NCBI GenBank assembly: GCA_973851085.1
Contig: OZ316776.1
Location: 12,462,001-12,526,000 of the forward strand
Length of the DNA: 64,000 nucleotides
Reading direction: 5' to 3'
Origin: Ptychomitrium polyphyllum
Lineage: Eukaryota
Part shown: piece after piece, positions 11,367 through 23,903 of the stretch
Numbering within the stretch: the stretch's first letter is position 1
Layout of the letters: each line of letters begins with the position of its first letter
Program-made: the position numbers and the translations under genes
Notes under the pieces: model-generated
Seen by the model: only the letters and a program-made list of their open reading frames with translations
What the model was told of the DNA's origin: nothing
The model's database searches: none

Positions 11367-11721
11367 GATGTTTGTGGAAGGCGACCGATTCCACAGAAAT
11401 CAAATTGGTATTCAGCCCCTCCACAGCTTGACTAGAAACCTGGAACTGCGGTAGACGATAAAGCACTCGAAGGCTTAACGATCCAAATCAGACTGTACTC
11501 CAACTACGTACGAAAGCAAGGACGAAATTTAAGCGCAAGCTTCAAGAAGCTGACTGCTACAAACTCGATTGCAATCAACGTGTTGGTATGGTTATAGCTA
11601 TGCACCTGATCGATGGGCCGATTGTTGTCGTGAGGACATGTGGTGGGCGAATGTGAGCAGCGAATGATATTTTCACAGCCGAGAGATCGGTGAGCGTGAG
11701 AAGATGGACGAGGTTGTTGGA

Positions 11722-11730
11722 CTTATATAG
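11722..11730 (-). promoter_or_regulatory. Candidate TATA box (CTATATAAG) of the VIT-vWA gene
   Basis: Correct strand, ~360 nt upstream of the ATG. A plausible 5'UTR intron (GT at 11605, AG at 11440) lies between. Confidence 0.45.
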
Positions 11731-12175
11731 ACGTAAGTCTTCGTGGTGAACACTCTAACTTAGGGCTCTAAGTCTGGGAACGCGTGAGAGGACGCGGAGG
11801 AATTGCTGATAGGATAATCGGTGCAGCTAAATAGGCTGGGTTGTACCGACATCCGTTAGCATCCAAGGAAGTGGAGAGTGGCGTGGACACTAAGCTGCTA
11901 TTGGCTCCGCGTGAATAGTAAGCTACTGAGAACAGATTGAGTGGTCTAAGTTACTATGTCGTTGATAACCTTATGGTTCACGGTTACTGAATTCGCTATC
12001 GCCTGATTGAATCTAGCTAAACAGTTTATCAGGCTACAGATGTTTGTGAGTGAGCCAACAGCACTCGCTCAATGAGACATGACGTTCAACTGAGAATGTT
12101 ATGCTGTTGAATCCCTACCTCCATGCCCAGGGCGAATCAGCTCATTCGCTGGTCCCATGCACAACGGATGCCAAT

Positions 12176-12250
12176 GAGCTCCCCCTCGTCCACAACTTTG
12201 ACCCAGTCTGATTCGAGAGCTCGCCCTCATCCACAACTTTGACCCAGTCT
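12176..12250. repeat. 41-bp tandem duplication
   Basis: gagctc(c/g)ccctc(g/a)tccacaactttgacccagtct starts at both 12176 and 12217. Confidence 0.85.
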
Positions 12251-13719
12251 AGTTAGAGTTTTGGTGTAGTGTGGATATGGTCATATTGATTCTCCTCACA
12301 CTTTTCCCTGTCCGTACTTCTCCTCATGCTTCTGGCTTTCCACTTGTTTCAACTTTCTCTTTCTCTCCTTATCCTACTTGTCCTTAGTAGTTTCTTGTTC
12401 TTTTTTGAGTTTGTGTTGGATCTCAGTTTTGGAAGAACTTGTTGCGAGTTGCAGAAGGTGGTTACTATGCTACAACTCACGCAACTCCCTTTGTCTTGAA
12501 CGTTGTTTCCTTTTTGCTTATTGAAAAAGTAGGGATGTAGTTTTGTTCTATTAACTTGTGGAAGTCTTTTCGGTGGTTGCAACTTCTCTTTGTGCATGTA
12601 GGTCTTGGATGGAGGATATTATTGTACAAGAAGAATTAGATCTAGAAGTTCTTTGAGTAGATTATGGTATTGGAGGTTGAGAATATGAAATGCAAGTATT
12701 ATCCATTGTTAAAAGTATAATGGTACAATGGTCTATATAAACATTCATTTTCTTTCATACAACTTTGGTAAAAAGAAGTTCAATTATGTTGTATATTACA
12801 ATGGCAAAATTTTGGAATATTATGCAGAATATAGGTTTTGGAGCTTGTTTCTTGGTTAATTTATTGGGCTATTCAAATTTAAAGTGGTATTCAGTGTTTT
12901 TTTATTGGAGTGAGAACTTTGGTGTTGATTTAATTTGATTGCTTTTAAAAACTACAATGCTAATATACTTAATCATATGTTTGGATTTTAGATATCTTAA
13001 TTGGTATCTTAATTGGTATTGAATAGATTTATTAAAGTAACTCTCATCTTTAAGTTGTCTAATGAGGAGATGCAGGCGATGAGTTTGGAACTTTGGACCA
13101 CCTGAAGTGGGATGACCTTAATTTGGAAAGGTATAATTCTATTAACAATAACTCAATTGGGAAAAATAGCCATCCCCAATTAGACACGGCGGACAGACTT
13201 CGTTTGCTGGATATCAGGCCTAAGCACTAAGGGATTAAAGACAATTTCTACCTACTTAGGTGAAGAACACAACAAATTTGCACACAATTTCACATGCTGA
13301 CAGACTCGCTCATAAGAAACAATTTTGTAAAGTGAATTATGGCCAAAACTTTAGTACGCAACATTAGCAACCGCAAATCAAGCAGAAAATGGTTTTCTCA
13401 GTAGCAACAAATTTGGACCGGATACTCTCACGCCCCTATTATCAGAACACATTTTCTCATCTAAGCAGCCGGATAAAGTGACAAATAGTGAAGAAGCGTG
13501 TCCATAAACCTATTAGGAAATAAGCACAGTGCAGACAATTGTGACTCAATAGACAATTTCAGACATGTAATTCAACATCATAAGCCAATCACGCAATTTG
13601 TAAATTACACCCTTCTAGCAGTGTGCTTTGGAAGTTTGGTATGACTCTACATGTACAAGAAGCTTTTCGCCCCAAGGATCATAGTTGTAAATGCCGTACC
13701 CTATGTTGAATGAAAACAT

Positions 13720-16700
13720 CTACGTTCGTAAAGCTTGTTGCAGTTGCAAAACTTGCTGCCGCTGCTCAGGAGGCAGTGAGTTGATCTGTTCAGGAGTAAG
13801 GCTCAAGACTTGCTGTAGTAGTGCCTTTTGTTGCTCTAATTCACCAGCCATCTGCTGAGAAAAACAGAACTCTATCCGTCAGTTCAAGAATAAGAGGCTA
13901 CTAGAAATAGTGTACATACCTATGAAACATCAAGGAAATTAGTCAAGATTTACTGCGATAAATAAAGGTTAATTGCAGCCCAAAACGAAGGTAAGATACG
14001 TTGAGAAGCAGGAAAGAAAACATGTAGGTTTTTTTATAAACATGTTCCCAGTGTACTTAAACTCCAAAGGACCAAAGACTTCTTAGAACCACCAATGTAC
14101 CTCAATTCTTGAACTGTAAAGAGCTCGACTAAGAACTCAAATGACACGTGTAAAGGAGTCTCTAATTTACAAAAGGAAAACAAGCTTCCACACAGCTTAC
14201 CGGAGGTTGCTGCTGGGGCACTTGCCCTTGCATTAGCATCTGCCCATACGGATGGGGCTGCATGGTAGAAGCGGAAGGTACACCACCATCTGGAATTCCT
14301 GCCTGATTCCCATAATTTGGTCGAGACTGGTTGTCAGGTACTAAAGAAGCTCCTATCAACGAGGGACCACTAGACACCGGCACTCCGGTATTAAGAGGAG
14401 CCTGATTTCCACTGCCTATGGCTTGACCAGCACCCATAACAAGTCCATGCATCACCTGACCAGAGATACCAGAAGGTCCGCTTGGAGGTGATGGCTGATT
14501 CATGGGCGCACCAGGTCCCATGCCACCCACTTGCCCTGAATGAGGCATTGTTATATTCCTACCCATCTGGGGTATTCCTCCAGGTCCCATCACTGGACCC
14601 GTTGGTAAAACTGCCTCAGATCCGGAGACCATACTAGCCTGTCCAATCGACGGAGGACCAGAGCTTCCATCCATACGAGAATTCTGTTGCAGCATCTGAA
14701 CCATAGAACCGTGACAGCATTTAAGGATTGAAAGAACCTTAGGATAACAGCATACTAACAATAGGTGGTATGCTGACATGATAAAAACTCTTTACTTGAT
14801 TTTCAAAACCAGAAACAGACACACATTATCAAAGATTCAGCATATCATTGAATACCAGATTCGACAAGAACCGAACCTGATATTGGGGCTGAGGAGGAGG
14901 CTGACTTGGTGGAGGTGGTACACCTTGTTGAACATAAGACATAGACATCCCGCTACTTTGCTGTACCATGCCTCCTTGATGCTACAAGCACGCCACGATA
15001 TTGGATTTTAGAAAAGGTGGACATGACGTGATCTTGCAGATAACATTAGAATCAAACTGTTCAGCTAGCACCTTACGCTAAGAGGTGAATGGTTTACCTC
15101 TCAATCTAATCTACAACTGAATTGCATACTTACATTAATCATAAGAAGAGCACATCACTTCAGGGAATTAGTTTTCAAGGATATTCAACCTGAAAAGGTG
15201 CTTGAGGGAGTGGCTGCTGAATTTGCTGTGGCTGATAATTCATTGATTGCTGGATTTGGCCTGGAATTACTGGAGGTTGAACAGGTCTAGGCTGTGGCGG
15301 CAGGGGGGGTTGCTGCATTAGGTTGCTCGGAGCAGGAGGAACTGCTGTTCGTTGTTGTTGTGGCTGCTGCTGTGTGGGCAGCATGGCCTGATTGTAAAAT
15401 ATAATAATTATTTAATGATGTGTACATAACAAGAATAAAAGGAGTAAAATATGAATACAGATGTTAATCTATCGATATTCAAAATATATACACTTGGCTA
15501 CATGTGCTTCTGATCCCAACAGTCAAAAGCTGAACCAGGATTACCATTTGCGGAGGTCGCACCATCCCCAACATTATCTGTGCCTGAACCAATTTAAAAA
15601 TGTCACTAAACGGCAGTTGATTTCTTGAGAAGTTTAAAAAGCATGAAAAATTTATTAAGAAATTTAAAAACCGCACAATTGAGATGGATCAAGCTTCTTT
15701 GCCAACACTATCCCATTAACATACAAAACCAATGAAGTGCCATTCTAACAAAAACTATATCTACATAATGATTGATGCAAGCCTGATCTGATAGCACACA
15801 CATGAGCCAAAGCTTTATGATTAATTTATACTAAGCAGATGACTTGAGAGACAGAGAGATCACAGAAACACCCAGTACGTTTTGAGCTTTCTGTAAATTA
15901 GTAACAAGAGTGTGTCAAGAAACTTGCTTCACAGTAATCAAAACCATGAGAAATTTTACCTGAAAAATAGCCTTCGTGAGCTGCGGGTTGGCCATCAATA
16001 CTTGACGAGCTTGCTGTTGATTTTGTTGTATCATCGTCTGAAGCAAACAAGTATGAAACACTTAGAACAACATTCTCATGTCAACTTCATTGTTCACTTC
16101 ATAGCTGCAAAAAGTATCAGAAGACACATACCTTCATCTGGACCATAACCTCAAAGAGCTGCTGCTTCGACATCCCGGCCAGATGACTTGTTAATTGGTC
16201 GTTACCCACATTAGCCGCAGTACCATTAGCCACAGGCATCGACTGCCCATTCATCGACACACCGTACTGCACATATGCAAAGACCTCGTGTCACTAACCT
16301 GATGAAATAACTGGACACAACACTAGAACAGGATTCGCACAATCAAAAAGCTTCAACTCAGAACTGATCGTTACTGTAAACACCTTCCCCTCATTCACTT
16401 CAGCATCACAAAAATTCAACCCTTACCTGTTGTTGCTGCTGTTGGTTGCCTCCCAGAGTGCCCGTAAGAAACTGAGCAGCAGCAACTGCAGTTGCTTGAC
16501 CTATTGGTGGCTCCCCACTTCTGTCAGGCTCGATATTGCTACTACCTTGTCGAGTTCCTGATTGCCTTTGTGTGTCTATGCCACCAAATTATTCCAGTTC
16601 GTTTTCAAGGCATTGCTTTCTGATAGAAACACAAGTACACAAAAGCCAATAGAAAAAGACGCTATACTACAAACTATCTGCTAAAACATATATCTCCATG

Positions 16701-19094
16701 CTTAGCGTGCAGGAAACCTAATTACGGCGACATCATCATTTAAGACGAGAGATTAAAGACATAGAATTGAACTCTAGAGGCAGGAAGATTTACCAGTACT
16801 GAAACCAGCTGGTTGCTGACCTTGTCCACCTTGACGCTGCAATACGAAATGAATGTTCTCAGTGACAGCGTAGTAGAGTATGATACAATAACTCAAAAAA
16901 TCACGTAGAAAAAGTAAACCGAAGAAAAGATGCACGCATTTTCCACAATGTGCACAAGACGTCAATCTTTATTAAATTATCACATAAAAGGGAGCAGTTT
17001 CCCGATCTAATGTAGGTTTCAGATAAAGTACCAGATCCATGACACGTGAGCTGATTACAACTACAAACATCAAAGCTGAAAGTTCGTATTACCTCGTAGA
17101 AAGGGGTAGGTCATAAAAACGAGATAAATAGGAGCACAATAGCCTATTAATGGTATGTAAAACGGCTCTCAACCCTTTCTTAGGTACTTTTCACAAGAAA
17201 TCAGTTCCATGGAATGTGCTAAGGCATACAACAAAGCACTAGAGAAAAGGTAAGCACCTGCTCGCGATTTCTATCACCACCGCCACCTTTTTCATTCTCT
17301 GCAAAATCTACCCGAAGCTGTCTCCCATTAATCTCATACCCCTGAAGGTTCCTACGAGCACTCAAAGCAGTTTCCTCATCTCTGAACTCGCAGAAGCCAT
17401 ATCCTTTGGGCTTGCCAGTCTCTCTGTCCAGTACCAACCTGATTTTCACACACACTCACATCAGAACGAATAAGAACAGGGTGCTGCTGACGAAATTAAC
17501 AATGCGGTCATGGTCGACAAAAAACGATAGGACACAATCTGCAACTAGTGCTAAAGGAGGGGGAGGAAAAAATTCGCAAATATTTCAGTTCAATCTACAC
17601 TACCATACCACTGCTAGTTCAACGTATTAATGTTCAATCTTGGCAGCAACTTCTACTATGTATAACACCCTCGTGTAAAACCTAACAACAGAAAGGCCTG
17701 AAGAAACCTTATCGTGTCACAACGAGATACAAGTAATATATTCTAAAACCGTTCTCAAAATACTCTTCACGGGCTTTCTGTAGAAACCATACATAAGAAC
17801 ATTTTGTACAAGATAAAACCTCTCGTACGAAAGCAGCAACAGATCATGCTTAAGCAGAAAAACTCGAACAAGCAGAATAAATACCGGAAATTCACAACAG
17901 GGCCCACTTCCTCGCAGATATGTACGAGCTGTTCCTCTGTTGCATCGTATGGTATATTTCCAACTGGCACAGAATCAAACAATCCACATATCATGAACAT
18001 TGTTCGCCTCTAACCAAATAAACAGCAATACACCAGGTAATGGACAAAATTGCCTGAAAAAGGGCAGATGGTAGAAGGCAGAGGCAATTGCAATTTTTAT
18101 GTTCTTCAAAAACGTTGTTGACTCTTTAACTTTGCATCGAAATTGAAGAATAAAGTAAGAAACGTTTTTGACAAGAACGTGACGGATTAGGAACCATCCG
18201 AGTATTGTCCGAATTAGTATAATTTATAGTTCGTTCTATACACCAAACAGCACATAAATCCGCTGTGCGCTTCAAAAACTAAAATCGAAACTAAATTGTC
18301 CCTCACAAATTATCCGGAACATAAATCAAAACCTCAAGGTTCGCTTCACTTAATGAGAAGAATAGCCCCGCAATTCTTCTCAAAACCAGATACACTTATT
18401 TGCCCTATCCACGTCAACAATAAAGCCGATAAGCGAACACCTCGGAATCTCCAGTTGCAAGAAGCAACCGCTCTCACCAGGATGAATTATACAACACCAC
18501 ATTAAATTACGACCAAAACAAGGCAAGTTCAAGAAGACTGTTGTCTGTCTCTATTATGACATGTTCGAGGACCCCTAACTTGAAAGTGGCAAGCAAACGT
18601 TCGTCCTAGAAACGATTCATCACGTATTCCTTCCTCCAAAGCATAAGACCGCCTTAATATGGAGTGTCAAAAATTGAAACTTAGACTAAATTTTACCAAA
18701 AATCGTTGCCAACCTGGGAACGAAAACTTGCCACACCCTAACAACCCTAAGTCGCGCGCGAATCATATTTGTTCGTCCTAGAAACAACTCGTCACATTCT
18801 TTTTCCTTCAAAAGCATAAGATCGCCATAGTATTAAGTCTCAGAATATGAGCTGAGACTAAATTTTACCAAAAATCTTCGCCATTGGTCGCCAACCTCGA
18901 AACGAAGACTCGCCACACTCTCACAACTGGAAGAGAAAGACGCAAAACGAATAAAGAAGAGCAAATCAGCGACGATCCTAGACCGTGAATGAGCGCAATG
19001 CGAAACGGAAAGAAGCGGAGAGACAAGGGCTCGAGAGAGAGTAGCACGACGCACCAAAGACACACCGGGATGCGCGGTGTTGCGTGTTGCTCAT
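13720..19094 (-). CDS. CSTF64: Cleavage stimulation factor 64 kDa subunit; 12 exons: 19094-19055, 17963-17885, 17438-17258, 16836-16794, 16575-16427, 16266-16132, 16037-15960, 15583-15545, 15387-15190, 14981-14877, 14695-14201, 13854-13720
   Basis: N-terminal RRM ([64 protein letters not shown]), hinge ([26 protein letters not shown]), Pro/Gln/Gly-rich middle and CstF-C tail ([36 protein letters not shown]). All introns are GT-AG. Confidence 0.94.
18599..18921. repeat. Diverged tandem duplication (period 172 bp) in CSTF64 intron 1
   Basis: Shared blocks gttcgtcctagaaac, aaagcataaga, agactaaattttaccaaaaatc and gccacac in copies starting at 18599 and 18771. Confidence 0.85.
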
Positions 19095-19352
19095 CGCGGG
19101 AGAAGAGAGGGGATTGTCCTCCCCGTCAGCCTCGCGACGTCGAGCTAAACTCGCATAGATGCTGGCCTCCACTCCCGTAAATGGCAACCAAGATGATTGT
19201 CCGCCGCTCCGCACAACTGCAAACCCTGGCAGTCGCAAGGCTCTGGCTCTGTCGACGAAGACGCAAATTTCCTTCCGTCGCAAGCTGCATACAGAAATTT
19301 TATTTCGCAGGAAACGAGTTCGGGAAGAAAATTCTCCCGCGGCGAGCTTCGC

Positions 19353-19361
19353 TTAGGGTTT
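19353..19361 (-). promoter_or_regulatory. Telo-box (AAACCCTAA) upstream of CSTF64
   Basis: Exact motif on the gene strand ~260 nt upstream of ATG 19094. Confidence 0.45.
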
Positions 19362-20340
19362 GCTGTGACCCGCCTAAGACCATGTCTATACCCTGTTTCC
19401 ACCATGGTTTTGGTTTGTGAAGAGTGCATATCTGAAAACCGGGTCTTTTGCATGACTTCGATATTGTAGTTATTTCGAAGATCACTTCTGGAGAGATGAT
19501 CCAAATGATTAGATTCAGCCGCAATTCGGATACAGTGACGGTTTCCGGTATGCTTCTCTGGATGTTGATGCCCTTGAAGTGGGTTCGACCTGACCTGCAT
19601 TTGAAGGAGGGGTTGATGTTCGCGTGAGTTCTTTCTACGTTCCCTCAAGGGGAGTTTGTTTCATCATGGTTGGAGAACAGGGAGCATTTGATGTTTCGTA
19701 GATTTGAGCTTTGAGCCCTCCAAAATGACGAGTCCTATTACCGTGGTGCCTTCGGCAGTTTAGGCATGATTTTTAAATGAGTTTTTGCAGCTTAATCATA
19801 ATATCCTATCATGACATTCTGATAATAACTTTCAGTGAGTAAATTATGGGGCAGATTTTGATCTCATTTCCTTTGAGAGAATGTTAGTTTCAGACATTCT
19901 AAATGACTTAAACTTTATGAAGTTGGTTTTCTTTTATTTCATTTTTGATTTTGTTGAGAAGTGTTAATTCGGACTCTAAATCAAATTTAGTTGTCGTAGT
20001 ACAAATCTTGCGTCAATCTAAGGTATTGTGAAGATTTGGCAAGTTATAATTGTTATTTTTCAATTAGGTACAATGTCACTATCAAGCCCATGCCAAGTAT
20101 TCCACTCGTGCTAGAGTGACAATTGTACCAACTGTGCCAATCGTGATAGTTGTACTAGTTGTGCCAGTAGTGCAGTTGTGCTAATCGTACATTTCTTATA
20201 TGCATGACATGTATGATTGAATCTTTTCTACTATTCTAGACAATAATTGTACTATAAAGTTCTTGTGAAGTGTTTCTACAGCAAGATGTATACAAGTAGA
20301 CCTGCTTACTTCAACTTTTGAATATTCTTCTAGTAAAAAG

Positions 20341-20438
20341 AATCGCACCGTCCAAATTTAGAGGTACAACTACCAACTAGAAAGTTAAAACAATTGCACC
20401 GTCCAAAAATCAGAGGTGCAACTACCAGATAGAAAGCT
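20341..20438. repeat. 51-bp tandem duplication
   Basis: aat(c/t)gcaccgtccaaa..agaggt(a/g)caactacca..tagaaag starts at both 20341 and 20392. Confidence 0.8.
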
Positions 20439-23400
20439 ATCCTTAGTAATATGTGTAGTTACCTTACCAAAGCATTCTTGTTGCCATAGAAATGTAAGGA
20501 GAAATTGGGAATCAAAGAGAATATGCTCACACATGAGCCAACCACAACACGATTCATCTCCACAATTGTCTCAAATTTGTAATCAGACAGCCCAGTAAGC
20601 CCTACCCTCTGTGATACAAAATAGGCCACCCCGTGAGGCATGGTCACCAACTTGCCGTCTAGCCCAATGGGAAAATGTGAATCCAGGGGGCCCCACTCAC
20701 AATGGAACAAGTTTGCACCCCAAAAAGTAAAAAGCATCACCATCCAACTTACTTGTCATGGCTCCTAACGACAGCGACCTTTGCGGTCCTCTCTCACAGC
20801 GAACGCCGCAGGGAACCGACGAAGATCGAATGCAATTTTCCTAACAGAATCTCCACCTAACGGAAAGAGCACGTCCTTTTCGTCCATCAAAAAGGATCCT
20901 CAACGAAATACTCATGTCCATTTCATCAAATACCCGCCGGTGTATCACAAGGCAACCCTCTAGTTTAGCACGAGTATTATCTCAATATCACCGCTGTACT
21001 CGAACATGTTTTAGATTCGTCAGAGAGTGCAAACCTAAAACGGCTACTGCACCCAAGACCGACATTATCTACGGGTTCTGTACAAATTCAGAACCGTAAT
21101 CTGCAAAGCAGTAGATAGGACTAAACTATGTAACTGTTCATCACTCCAGCTATTACGAAAGTTTCTATATTTTAAATTACGGAGCATACGTTTGCTGCAG
21201 ATAGCGTCAGCTTTGGGTGCAGTAACGGTTTGAAGCATGCGTCGTAATGGACGAGTCGTCGAGCAACTTTCGTTGAACGCATACAGGGCACGCGGGAGGA
21301 GCTCTGGGGAGGAGGGAGGGAACTCGGGAGAACGCGGGGGAACTTCGTCTCTCTCGCAGGGGACCCAAGAGGTGAGTGTTGGTATAGATTTGTGTTCATC
21401 TCAAGTGAAGTTGTGCAAGCGAGCGCCCTTGTCCGGCGTGCCAGCGTTGCCTTGTTGTTCTATTTGCTGTTGTTGAAGTTAGGGTCAGCCATTGCCGTTC
21501 CTCTTTCTGCTCTCTGGAGGACTTTTCCATCCGGTATAAATTTTCGTGGCGGAGGTGAACAGCGAGGGAGGATTCGGAGGATTTGGAGGTACGGTAGGTC
21601 GATTGGCTTTCGAGTGGAGGGAGAGCGAGAGCGATTGGGGTGAGTTCGCGGAATTCGTGAGGCTAGGTTGGTTCGTGTCGAGCAGCTTTTCTAGTCTGGC
21701 GAGAAAGGGGCGATTGTGCTTCTTGGAAGTGTATTGTAGTCGTGGTGAAATGGTCCGCGGGGAATTTCTTTCGTGTGATGTATTTTTCTTTTTTTTCCTC
21801 TGTTCTTTGAATCTTATTATTTTTTATTGGAGCCAGTTGAATTGTGATTGTTTTGAGAGGAGCTAATTTTCGTGATGAAGTACTTAGTTCTGAGGGGATT
21901 GGTCGTGATATTAGCGGATCAGCAAGAGCGTCTCTTCTTTGGTTCACTGTCGTGGTGGTAGATAGTCTTAATGTCGTTCTGGAGGTTTGAAATTTTCAGC
22001 TCTGTTTTAGTATCGAGGTTTGTGTGATGGCGGTGGTGTCTTTAATGTCGAGGTTCATTGATACCATTCTTTAGAGGTTGCGAAGGATGCTACTTGATAC
22101 GGGCTAAGGAATCGAGGCTGGTTCACGAGGTTCTGGGAGTCTATTTCTCTGTTTCTTTTCTAATTTGTACCTATTTCGTTATTTAGTATCGACAGAGCTA
22201 TGTGTGATGAGTTTCTAAGGCAGAATGTTTGTAAGATTCTTCCTAGATGTATTCTCGGAGCAGACAGATCTATTGTACTGATTGCGAGCCTGTTTACAGC
22301 TGTCTCCTCAGAGATGTGTGGGATTGTGATAGAGATGATTATCACGGTACTATTCAGTAGCCACATTACGTTTTAGAAATGCACGTCGGTATGTACAGTT
22401 TAGAAGTGCTTGTTGGAGCCACTGCCTGACCTGTAGACTTGCTGATTTGCATGTTCGCGACAATGTTATATTCGACTTGTGCTGTCAAGCATCGGTATAC
22501 TAAGCTCTTTGAGGCATTACTGCGGAACACACTATCCTTACTGCTTTGATTTGCCAAACTGTCCGGCATCGTTCATCTTTCTCTTTACGGGGTGCAAGGA
22601 GTCTTTTCGCTTTCTATCCTGCGTTGTGCTGTGTATAAGTGGCTGGATAGGCTGAACGAAGGTTCTAACAGGAATTAGGGCTTATGTTGTTCAGGAGGGT
22701 TTGCCTGTCCGTTTGCGGAACCCTGAAGAGTTTATTGCACAATCGATGTTGGCTTGCTAATTCATTTCTTGTCCTATGCTATAGTGTAGCGCCTAATATA
22801 AGTCTTGGGGATCTGCAGTTGCGAAATCAGTAAGCACATTTTTTTGTACCATGAACCCTAGTGTACAATCCTGAATAATTTTGCATATTTAGTGTGGGTG
22901 ACCTAGAGCGAGAAGTTTTACTTAGACTTTCTTTTCGTTGGGAATTGAAGGACAATGGTGACGCGCTCAGACAGGAACATTGTGCTTTGCTGCCGCAGAC
23001 AAATTTCATGTACTTAGACTTTTATTGTGCAGTGGTTCCTGATGTATTTATTTCGGGATATAAAATCGCTTTATCATGTTTCAGGAGTGAAGCGGTTAGA
23101 ATTCCGTCTCAACATGATATTGAATTACATAAAAACCATAAACCCTAGCACATTAGCTTCCTTAGCATTAGTTACTGAAAGTTGACAAGCAGTTGCTTGT
23201 GTTCTAGTTTAGAAGCGCTTAAATCATAGTTCTCACCCAGGATGCATAGTTCTCTCATTTAGCTTATATTGAGCATCTCATATAGCGTGTTCCTTTCTGA
23301 AAGAAGTCGCATCACAACAAGTGTTAACTACTTCGAGCGGCATGAACACTGTAGAATAGACTCTGACTTGATGTAGCCCTGTCCTATTTCATCTCCTGGT

Positions 23401-23903
23401 GGCTACGTGTTTGTGCAGAGATATTTAGCCTAGTATGTAGGTGATCATGAAGTGTTTATCGACTGTTGCATATTGACCATGTCGAACACTAGGTTGAAAA
23501 CAGTAGTGAGAGAGGTTCGTGAATTAAGGAGGACAAAATGTTTTTATATTTCGTTAGCTGCGCTTAAGACGCTCTGAACAATTCAATTTAAGAACAGTTT
23601 ATAGAAAAGTTGATCTGCTGCCTCTGGTGGCTGTTCAAAAATTAAGGCTGCCACCTTCCATGTGGAGTTTTGCCTGTCCGTTCTTTAAGAGGTTATGAAG
23701 TCGAATTGCGGATGTGTGCTCTTCCAACTTTCTCCCTTTTTACTCTGCATCCCTCTTCAGCACATCTGTACGTCATCTCTGATACTAATCTATCCTTTCT
23801 GTTCCCAGGGTGTTTCTTAAGAGGACATCTCAGACACTCAGTACTTCGTCTCGTTTGGCCTTTCCCTGCTCTTCACTATTCCATCTCCTGGCGGATATCT
23901 GTA

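Noticed and set aside
20101..20190. Degenerate ~9-bp periodic sequence (gtgccaatc/gtactagtt)
   Set aside because: It is a short decayed minisatellite with no ORF or other supporting structure.
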